Source: Gaiellaceae bacterium (GTDB lineage: Bacteria > Actinomycetota > Thermoleophilia > Gaiellales > Gaiellaceae). From it: DNA of 32,000 bases. The DNA is taken from assembly GCA_035640455.1 (NCBI GenBank), contig DASQWB010000183.1, positions 5,510 through 37,509 of the forward strand. Direction: 5' to 3'. This document shows, piece after piece, positions 7,163 through 13,881 of this stretch. The position numbers and the translations under genes are program-made. Numbering within the stretch: position 1 is the stretch's first letter; the number at the start of each line of letters is the position of its first letter. A model generated the notes under the pieces. It worked only from the letters and a program-made list of their open reading frames with translations. It did no database searches and had not been told where the DNA came from.

Positions 7163-9880
7163 ATGACGCACCGCGTGACCCTGACCGGCCTGCTCGTCGG
7201 ACGCGATGAGGAGCTCGACCGCATCGACCGCCTCGTCGGCGACCTCGACGCGCTGCCCGCGGCGCTCGTCCTGGAGGGAGAGGCCGGAATCGGAAAGACG
7301 ACGATCTGGGAGGCGGGAATCACCGCCGCCGAGGGCGCTGGATTCCGCGTCCTCCGTGCCACGCCCTCCGAAGCCGAGGCCTCTCTGGCCTTCGCAGCCG
7401 CCGCAGATCTCCTTGCGCCGATCGCGGACGAGGCGACCGCAGGCTTGCCGGACGTCCAGCGACGGGCGCTCGCCGCCGCCCTCCTCCTGGAGTCGAATGA
7501 CGTCGCTGCAGATCGCCGGGCGGTCGCGACGGCGTTCCTCGGAGCGCTGCGCCGCCTCGCCGCGTCACGACCCGTCTTCGTCGGGCTCGACGACGTGCAG
7601 TGGCTCGACGCGGAGTCGGCGCTGCTGCTGAGCTTCGCCGCGCGGCGCCTTACGTCGGAGCGGATCGGCTTCCTGCTCGCGCACCGCGCCGGAGAAGCTG
7701 GGCCGCGCCTCGAACTCGGCCCGAACGAGCAGCGCGTCGCGATCGGGCCGCTGTCGCTCGGCGCGCTCCACCGTTTGCTCCACGACCGCCTCGGCGAGCC
7801 CCTCCCGCGGCCGCTGCTCCGCCGCATCCACGACGTCTCGGGCGGCAATCCGTTTTTCGCGCACGAGCTGGCGTCGGTCGCGAAGGGCGCGACCGGGCAC
7901 GACCTCCCGTTGCCGGCGACACTCGAGCCGCTCGTCGAGGCGCGCCTGCGAGGCCTCCCGCCGCGGACGCGCGCCGTGCTGGCCGAGCTCGCCGCCAGCA
8001 CGAGCCCCGAGTCTGCGGACCCAGACGAGGAGGCGATCGCCCCGGCCCTCGCCGCCGGCGTCGTGCGGACAGGACGCGAAGGGCTCGAGTTCACCCACCC
8101 GCTGCTTCGCGCGGCCGCGTACGAGCAGCTGACGCCGGCTCGGCGCCGTGAGCTCCACCGGCGACTGGCCGAGACCGCTGCAGACGCGGAACAGAAGGCG
8201 CACCACCTCTCGCGCGCGGTCGACGACCCGGACGAGTCCGTCGCGGCGGCGATCGCCGAGGGGGCGGAGCGCGCTCGCCGCCGGGGCGCGCCGGCCGTCG
8301 CGGCCGAGCTCCTCGACCACGCAGCCCGCGTCACGGAGGATCCCGAGCGCCGGGTCCGGCGCACGCAGCAGGCCGCAGTCTGGAAGGGCGAGGCCGGAGA
8401 CACGGTGGGCCAGCGCGCGGCGCTCGAGGCCCTGCTCCGCGAACTCGCCCCCGGACCGGCACGCGCGCAGGTGCTCGCCGTCCTCGCGGACGACGCCGGC
8501 CTCGAGGTCGGCCGCGCCGCGGAGGTCGCCCGCGAAGGGCTTGCCCAGCCGGGACTCGACGCCGCGGCGCGAGGGTGGCTCCTACTCGCGCTGAGCGACA
8601 ACGTGTTCCTCCAGAACGACCTCCGCGCGAGCGCAGCGTACGCGCGTGAGGCGCTCCCGCTCGTCGAGCCGGCCGGCAACGCCCAGCTGCTCGCCCGCGC
8701 GCTGGCCTGGAACGGCCAGCTCGCGAGCCTCACTGCGAGCGGCGACGCCGCGAGCTTCTTCGAGCGCGCACGCGAGGTCGAGCAGCAGCTCGAAGCACTC
8801 GACCCTTGGCGAGCTGCCGGCCATTGGCAGGGAGTCAGCCTGATGTGGGCCGACCGCCCGAGTGAGGGCCGCCCGTTGCTCGAGGAGCAGCACGAGCGCG
8901 CCGAGGAGCTCGGAAACGAGTTCGCGCGGAGCGCCCTCTGCTTCCACCTCACGCAGCTCGAGTGCCGCGCCGGCGAGCTTGCACGCGCGAGCCGCTACGC
9001 GCGCGAGGGCCACGAGCTCGCGAGCCTCGGCGGCAACGACCAGCTCGTCGGGATCCTGCTCAACGCACGTGCCCTCGCCGCAGCGCACGAAGGCGACGCA
9101 GCCGCGGCGCGGGCGTTCGCGGACGAGGCCGTGGCCGTGACGGCGGGTGCGGGCGACGCGTTCTTCGCGATCCACCACCGCGTCGTGCTCGGGTTCCTCG
9201 AGACGTCTCTCGGTGACTACCCGGCGGCGGGGCGACACCTGGAGGGACTCTCGCAGCTACTCGACGAGATGGGCGTCCGCGAGCCGGGCATCTTCCCGTT
9301 CCACGGTGACGCCGTCGAGGCCGCGGTCGCCCTCGGCGACCACGAGGACGCTCGGCGCCTGATTGCCGACCTCGAGGCGCGAGGGCGTGAGCTTGCACGC
9401 CCGCGCCTGCTCGCGCTCGCCTGGCGAGGCCGCGGGATGCTGCACGCGGCGGCGGGCGAGGCCGCCGGGGCGGACGACGCATTCGCGAACGCGGTGGCGG
9501 AGCACGAGCGGCTCGAGCTTCCGCTCGAGCGCGCGCGAACGCTCCTCGCCAACGGCGTGGCGCTGCGACGAGCGCGGCAGAAGCGATCGGCGCGCGCGGC
9601 CCTGGAGGAAGCAGAGGCGACCTTCGAGGCCCTGGGCGCACGGCTCTGGGCCGAGCGAGCGCGGAGCGAGCTCGCCCGCGTCGGCGGTCGCGCGCCGTCA
9701 CGCGGCGCGCTGACGCCGACCGAGCAGCGGGTGGCCGGGCTCGCCGCCGCCGGCAAGGCGAACAAGGAGATCGCGACCGAGCTCTACGTCACCGTGCGGA
9801 CCGTCGAGACGCACCTGACGAAGATCTACGAGAAGCTCGGCGTGCGCGGCCGCGCCGAGCTCCCGCGCCGCCTCTCGTAG
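7163..9880 (+). CDS. LAL-type (large ATP-binding LuxR family) transcriptional regulator: AAA/P-loop NTPase + TPR-like region + LuxR HTH
   Basis: ATG 7163 is preceded by GAGGTG. Walker A reads EGEAGIGKTT, and Walker B-like reads VFVGLDDVQWLD. A long helical repeat region follows. The C-terminal sequence LTPTEQRVAGLAAAGKANKEIATELYVTVRTVETHLTKIYEKLGV is a LuxR/GerE HTH. Confidence 0.9.
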   Translation: MTHRVTLTGLLVGRDEELDRIDRLVGDLDALPAALVLEGEAGIGKTTIWEAGITAAEGAGFRVLRATPSEAEASLAFAAAADLLAPIADEATAGLPDVQRRALAAALLLESNDVAADRRAVATAFLGALRRLAASRPVFVGLDDVQWLDAESALLLSFAARRLTSERIGFLLAHRAGEAGPRLELGPNEQRVAIGPLSLGALHRLLHDRLGEPLPRPLLRRIHDVSGGNPFFAHELASVAKGATGHDLPLPATLEPLVEARLRGLPPRTRAVLAELAASTSPESADPDEEAIAPALAAGVVRTGREGLEFTHPLLRAAAYEQLTPARRRELHRRLAETAADAEQKAHHLSRAVDDPDESVAAAIAEGAERARRRGAPAVAAELLDHAARVTEDPERRVRRTQQAAVWKGEAGDTVGQRAALEALLRELAPGPARAQVLAVLADDAGLEVGRAAEVAREGLAQPGLDAAARGWLLLALSDNVFLQNDLRASAAYAREALPLVEPAGNAQLLARALAWNGQLASLTASGDAASFFERAREVEQQLEALDPWRAAGHWQGVSLMWADRPSEGRPLLEEQHERAEELGNEFARSALCFHLTQLECRAGELARASRYAREGHELASLGGNDQLVGILLNARALAAAHEGDAAAARAFADEAVAVTAGAGDAFFAIHHRVVLGFLETSLGDYPAAGRHLEGLSQLLDEMGVREPGIFPFHGDAVEAAVALGDHEDARRLIADLEARGRELARPRLLALAWRGRGMLHAAAGEAAGADDAFANAVAEHERLELPLERARTLLANGVALRRARQKRSARAALEEAEATFEALGARLWAERARSELARVGGRAPSRGALTPTEQRVAGLAAAGKANKEIATELYVTVRTVETHLTKIYEKLGVRGRAELPRRLS

Positions 9881-9960
9881 CGTCAAAGATCGTGGGTCTC
9901 CGGGATTTCTCTTCCGCGTGCCTCGCCGTACCGTCGGCAGCCTCAACGAAGGGAGGAGAA

Positions 9961-10266
9961 ATGAAGAAGCACCTTCGCCTGCTCGCCGTCGTGTTCGCTT
10001 TGGGCGCGCTCGCGGGACCGGCCGCGGCCGACAACTCCACGAGCAGCTTCGCGACGAACGACAGCGGGTGTCTCGGCGGGCTGCGCAGCGCGATCGCGCG
10101 CGGCGACCTCGCCGGCGTGGCGCTGCCCGATGGGTTCGTCGTACCCGCGGGGTTCGGCGCGGAGTTCAATCCCGGCGGCCACCTCGGAACCGTCGGCGAG
10201 GCGGCGTTCCTGCAGTCGCACGGCGTCACCGACCTCGACGCGTTCTGCGCGCTCTTCGTCAAGTAG
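9961..10266 (+). CDS. small secreted protein of unknown function (101 aa, two Cys)
   Basis: ATG 9961 lies behind a strong SD (GGGAGGAG, 9951-9958). The Sec signal peptide is MKKHLRLLAVVFALGALAGPAAA. The mature part of about 78 aa has Cys in SGCLGG and DAFCALF. No family was recognised. Confidence 0.65.
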   Translation: MKKHLRLLAVVFALGALAGPAAADNSTSSFATNDSGCLGGLRSAIARGDLAGVALPDGFVVPAGFGAEFNPGGHLGTVGEAAFLQSHGVTDLDAFCALFVK

Positions 10267-10272
10267 TCCGAG

Positions 10273-10536
10273 GTGGAGCAGTACCTCGTCGAGCTCTACT
10301 TGCCACGGCGTGACGAGGCGGCGCTGGCGGACGCAGCAGTGCGCGCCCGCGCCGCCTCCGAGCAGCTCACGAGCGAAGGCAGGCAGGGCCGGTACCTGCG
10401 GACGATCTTCGTCCCCCAGGACGAGATCTGCTTCCACCTCTACGAGGCGCAGGCGGCGGACGTGGTCGGCGAGGCGAGCCGCCGCGCGCAGATCGCCTAC
10501 GAGCGGATCGTTCGCGCGGTAAGCGTCGAGCGATAG
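10273..10536 (+). CDS. small conserved hypothetical protein, DUF4242-like
   Basis: The pattern (M)EQYLVELYLPR...RYLRTIFVPQDEICFHLYEA resembles the YMVERYLP...RYLRS.FVPE.E.CFCLFEA pattern I associate with DUF4242 proteins. The start is GTG, 6 nt after the preceding stop. The assignment is from memory only. Confidence 0.55.
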   Translation: MEQYLVELYLPRRDEAALADAAVRARAASEQLTSEGRQGRYLRTIFVPQDEICFHLYEAQAADVVGEASRRAQIAYERIVRAVSVER

Positions 10537-10543
10537 CGCTGAA

Positions 10544-10580
10544 GCGGTCGGGGCGCGCGTGTGGGCCGCGCCCCGACCGC
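10544..10580 (+). terminator. GC-rich hairpin, probable intrinsic terminator after the small-gene pair
   Basis: A 14-bp perfect stem pairs 10544-10557 with 10567-10580, with a 9-nt loop. It starts 8 nt after the stop at 10536. There is no U-tract, which is common in high-GC actinobacteria. Confidence 0.5.
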
Positions 10581-10652
10581 GAAGGCGCAGAACGGCGATG
10601 AGTTTCGCGCCGCAATGCCGTCTTCCGTAGAGAGAGCGAGGAGGAGGACGAC

Positions 10653-11222
10653 ATGGCCAAGATCGTGGTATCGCAGTTCGTGACGCTCGACGGCGTCATG
10701 GAGGACCCGGGCGGGGCGGAAGGCTTCGAGCGCGGCGGCTGGGCCTTCGAGTTCGACCGCGGCCCGGAGGGCGACAAGTTCAAGCTCGACGAGGTGATGG
10801 CGGCCGAGGCGCTGCTGCTCGGGCGCGTGACCTACGAGGGCTTCGCCGCGGCCTGGCCTTCGAGGACGGGCGAGTTCGCCGACAAGTTCAACACGATGCC
10901 GAAGTTCGTCGTCTCGACGACGCTGCAGAACCCGGAGTGGAACAACACGACGGTGATCTCCGGCGATGTCGCGGAGGAGGTCGCGCGCCTCCGGGAGCGG
11001 TTCGACGGCGACGTCCTCGTGAACGGCAGCGCGCAGCTCGTGAACGCCCTGGCGCGGCACGACCTCGTCGACGAGTACCGGCTGATGGTCTTCCCGGTCG
11101 TCCTGGGAGCCGGCAAGCGCCTCTTCGAGGACGGCATCGCCAAGAAGCCGCTCGAGCTCGTCGAGTCGAAGCCGGCCGGCGCGGTCGTGATCCTCACGCT
11201 TCGCCCGCCGGGCGGCGAGTGA
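10653..11222 (+). CDS. dihydrofolate reductase family protein (RibD C-terminal domain, YwjB/YyaP-like)
   Basis: SD is GAGGAGGAGG. The sequence MAKIVVSQFVTLDGVMEDPGG...LLLGRVTYEGFAAAWP...MPKFVVSTTL...VNGSAQLVNALARHDLVDEYRLMVFPVVLGAGKRLF is the typical pattern of this family. Confidence 0.9.
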   Translation: MAKIVVSQFVTLDGVMEDPGGAEGFERGGWAFEFDRGPEGDKFKLDEVMAAEALLLGRVTYEGFAAAWPSRTGEFADKFNTMPKFVVSTTLQNPEWNNTTVISGDVAEEVARLRERFDGDVLVNGSAQLVNALARHDLVDEYRLMVFPVVLGAGKRLFEDGIAKKPLELVESKPAGAVVILTLRPPGGE

Positions 11223-11225
11223 GAC

Positions 11226-11927
11226 CTACGCGACTTCGAGGCCGAAGACCTCGACGAGGCCTCGCTCGCCGACGGGCGTGACCCGGACGGCGCGCCCGGA
11301 CTCGTAGCGCTCGATCCAGCCGAACTCGAAGAAGCGGTCGGCGAGCGCCTTGCCGAGCTTGCCGCCGACGTGGTGGCGCTTCTCGCTCCAGTCGAGGCAG
11401 TGGCGAACGGCGGGCCGCCGGCCCGGAACGGAGGCGAGATCGATCCCGAGCCCGCGTAACGTGCCGAGGCCGGACTGCGTCACGTGGTAGTCCGGCTCAC
11501 CGCCTCGCGCCGCGCCGTTCGCAAGCAGCTCCCGGTCGAGGAGCGCCGCCATCAACCCGGTTCCGAGCTTGCCGGCGAGATGGTCGTAGCACGTCCGTGC
11601 ACGCCGGAGCGCCTCGGCGCGCGTCCCCTGGCGCAGCGACCGGACCGGCTCCGGCGGGGCGAGGCGTGCGAGCGCCTCGAGCAGGTCGTTGATCTCCGGC
11701 CCGGCGAGGCGGAAGTAGCGGCGGCGGCCGTTCGGCTCCGTCGAGAGGAATCCCGCCGCCACCAGCTTCGCGAGATGCTGGCTCGCGGTCGAAGGCGCCA
11801 CGCCGGCCTGGGCGGCGAGGACGCTCGCCGGCAACGCGCGCCCGTCCCCGAGCGCAGTGAGAATCCGGGCGCGGGCCGGCTCGGCGACGATCGCCGCGAC
11901 GGCCGCGAGATCCGCGTCTCCGTCCAT
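11226..11927 (-). CDS. ArsR/SmtB-family winged-helix transcriptional regulator with C-terminal extension
   Basis: The sequence AEPARARILTALGDGRALPASVLAAQAGVAPSTASQHLAKLVAAGFL...GRRRYFRL is an ArsR-type HTH. The C-terminal half (CYDHLAGKLG...) is typical of the roughly 230-aa actinobacterial subgroup. It is convergent with the DHFR-family gene, with a 3-nt gap. Confidence 0.85.
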   Translation of the reverse strand: MDGDADLAAVAAIVAEPARARILTALGDGRALPASVLAAQAGVAPSTASQHLAKLVAAGFLSTEPNGRRRYFRLAGPEINDLLEALARLAPPEPVRSLRQGTRAEALRRARTCYDHLAGKLGTGLMAALLDRELLANGAARGGEPDYHVTQSGLGTLRGLGIDLASVPGRRPAVRHCLDWSEKRHHVGGKLGKALADRFFEFGWIERYESGRAVRVTPVGERGLVEVFGLEVA

Positions 11928-12049
11928 GGAGCGAGGCTAGCGCGCCATTCGTTCGGTCCTGGCCGAAGCGAGCGCAAGGCTTCAGGGCCGTGGTTCGGCA
12001 CGACGCAGCGACCTGCCCCTAGCGCAAGGTCCAGCCGCCGGCGCTTCTA

Positions 12050-12066
12050 GTGCGACGCCGTCGCAC
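12050..12066 (-). terminator. short palindrome/hairpin 16 nt downstream of the TIR gene stop
   Basis: GTGCGACGCCGTCGCAC has 8-nt arms around a central C. As RNA it would form a 6-bp stem with a 5-nt loop. Its function as terminator or operator is unproven. Confidence 0.25.
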
Positions 12067-12081
12067 GCCTTTGCATTCGTC

Positions 12082-13017
12082 CTAGTAGTCGAACTTAAGG
12101 CGGCCGCTGATCTCTCTGACGGTCGCCTCGTGCTGGCGACGGGCCTCGACTTGCCGCTCGCCCTGCGCGCGAAGCCGACGCTCGTGCTCGGCAATCTCCT
12201 CGTTCACCTTCTCGAGCACGTACCGCAGCGTCTCGACGTGATAGCGCTCAAGCTCCTCCATCGTGGTGCCGTCGAGGATGATGGTGTCGCCAGAGACAGA
12301 GGCAATGCCGGGGCGGTGCATCGTCGTCCATCGCGGCGGGTGATTCCATGTTTCGACGAAGCGCCGCGCCCAAAGCGGGTGGGGTCGTCGCGAGAGCCGC
12401 AGCGGGATGCGGTACAGGGCGCTTCCTGCGCTTCCGTCATTCCGCGGTTGACCCACACCCTCCTCCACGATGCCCGTGATCCTGATGGGCTCGTAGTCAG
12501 CCGTGAGAGGCGCAGATGCGGCTGGCGGCAGCGTGGATGTACCGGACGATGGTCGCCTCGCCGCTCGCTCCGCTTCCCGGCGCTTCGCCGCGCGCTCCCG
12601 CTGCTCAGCCTGGTGCTGGGGGATCGCGGCGGCGATCTTGTCCGCGACCTCATCGATGTTCGCCTCGTCCAGCGAGAGGTAGAGCACATCGGCCAGTGCG
12701 TCGGGCATCTCGGCACCGGCAACGCGAACGGGAAGCACCCGCACGCCCTCGCGGCCCAGCTCACCGGTGACGGCGAGCGCGAGTTCCTTCCGACACCAGT
12801 TCGACTTCCGCGATGCCTCGCTGACCAGAGCGAGGAAGAAATCGATTTCGGCGATTGCCGTCGCGATTCGCTCGATGAGGGAGTCTCCGACTTTGAGCTC
12901 GCCCTCATCGATCCAGACGCGGAGGCCGCGAGCGTCGAGCGCTGCAGCGAGCGCACGGGCGAGATCCTTGTCCTCGTGGGAGTAGGAGATGAAGATCGAG
13001 GCCTGTGAACCGGTCAC
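12082..13017 (-). CDS. TIR-domain protein (N-terminal TIR, predicted NADase) fused to an uncharacterised C-terminal domain
   Basis: The sequence (M)TGSQASIFISYSHEDKDLARALAAALDARGLRVWIDEGELKVGDSLIERIATAIAEIDFFLALVSEASRKSNWCRKELALAV is a canonical bacterial TIR pattern. It includes the conserved WCxxE glutamate (E78, codon 12784-12786). A charged/Pro-Ala linker spans aa 131-172. The C-terminal domain (aa 173-311) has a terminal coiled-coil-like stretch, and no family was recognised. The start is GTG. GC is markedly lower than in the flanks. Confidence 0.85.
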   Translation of the reverse strand: MTGSQASIFISYSHEDKDLARALAAALDARGLRVWIDEGELKVGDSLIERIATAIAEIDFFLALVSEASRKSNWCRKELALAVTGELGREGVRVLPVRVAGAEMPDALADVLYLSLDEANIDEVADKIAAAIPQHQAEQRERAAKRREAERAARRPSSGTSTLPPAASAPLTADYEPIRITGIVEEGVGQPRNDGSAGSALYRIPLRLSRRPHPLWARRFVETWNHPPRWTTMHRPGIASVSGDTIILDGTTMEELERYHVETLRYVLEKVNEEIAEHERRLRAQGERQVEARRQHEATVREISGRLKFDY

Positions 13018-13078
13018 GACGAGAACGGTACTGCGTGGGGTTGACGCACCTCTCAGGGCGTCGAAGGATCAGTTAGTT

Positions 13079-13858
13079 CTACATGCCCATTGCGTGGTAG
13101 CCGGAGTCGACATACAGCGTCGTCCCGGTCACGTTTCTCGCCGCGTCGGAGAGCAGGAACGCGGCCGCGGCGCCCACGTCGTCGGCGGCGATGTGGCGAT
13201 GGAGCGGCGAGCGCTCCTCGACGATTGCCTCCATCGTCGGGAAGCCCGCGATCGACCGCGCGGCCAGCGTCCGCACCGGGCCGGCCGAGATCGCGTTCAC
13301 GCGGATGTCCTTCCGGCCCAGGTCCCAGGCCAGGTAGCGGACGGACGCGTCGAGCGCGGCCTTGGCGACGCCCATCACGTTGTAGTGCGGCACGGCCCGC
13401 TCGCCGCCCAGGTAGGTCATCGTCAGGATCGAGCCGCCGCCGGCCGCCTCCAGCAGCGGCTCCGCGGCCCGCGCGCACGCGACGAGGGAGTACGCGCTCA
13501 CTTCGAGCGCGAGCCAGAACCGGTCGCGGGGCGTGTCGGTGAAGCGGCCCTCCAGGTCCTCGGCGGCGGCGAAGGCGACCGAGTGGACGAGCACGTCCAG
13601 CTCGCCCTCGAACGTCTTCCCGACCTCGGCGAAGACACGCTCGACGTCCTCGTCCGCGCGGACGTCGCAGGCGGTGACGAGCGGGCTCCCCACGCTCTCC
13701 GCGAGCTGCCGCACGGCGCCCTCGATCCGCTCGCCCTGGAAGGTGAAGGCGAGCGTCGCGCCCTCCTCGGCGAGGCGGCGCGCGATGCCCCACGCGATCG
13801 AGCGGCGGTTCGCGACGCCGAGCACGAGGCCGCGCTTGCCTTCGAACACTCCCGGCAC
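13079..13858 (-). CDS. fabI: enoyl-[acyl-carrier-protein] reductase (NADH), FabI
   Basis: LEGKRGLVLGVANRRSIAWGIA is a FabI-type Rossmann motif. The catalytic Y-x6-K is in PHYNVMGVAKAALDA, and ISAGPVRTLAA is also present. The start is GTG at 13858. Confidence 0.93.
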   Translation of the reverse strand: MPGVFEGKRGLVLGVANRRSIAWGIARRLAEEGATLAFTFQGERIEGAVRQLAESVGSPLVTACDVRADEDVERVFAEVGKTFEGELDVLVHSVAFAAAEDLEGRFTDTPRDRFWLALEVSAYSLVACARAAEPLLEAAGGGSILTMTYLGGERAVPHYNVMGVAKAALDASVRYLAWDLGRKDIRVNAISAGPVRTLAARSIAGFPTMEAIVEERSPLHRHIAADDVGAAAAFLLSDAARNVTGTTLYVDSGYHAMGM

Positions 13859-13864
13859 CGGGCG

Positions 13865-13874
13865 AGTCTAGACT
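13865..13874. promoter_or_regulatory. 10-bp perfect palindrome AGTCTAGACT in the 23-bp fabI / protease divergent spacer
   Basis: Read directly from the sequence. It is the only AT-containing stretch between two divergent start codons (13858 and 13882). It is a possible operator or shared promoter core. Confidence 0.3.
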
Positions 13875-13881
13875 GTCCATC

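Noticed and set aside
4153-8952. Minus-strand ORFs 4153-5469 (438 aa), 5532-7013 (493 aa) and 7114-8952 (612 aa)
   Set aside because: They are antisense to the peptidase, membrane-protein and LAL genes. Their composition is low-complexity Arg/Ser/Ala and they show no domain motifs, so I treat them as shadow ORFs.
11226-13017. The ArsR-family regulator and the TIR protein as a two-gene system
   Set aside because: A 154-nt spacer with hairpins separates the two genes. The ArsR gene has host-like GC (about 77%) while the TIR gene does not. This roughly 230-aa ArsR subtype is commonly paired with the adjacent DHFR-family gene. The link is therefore probably coincidental adjacency.
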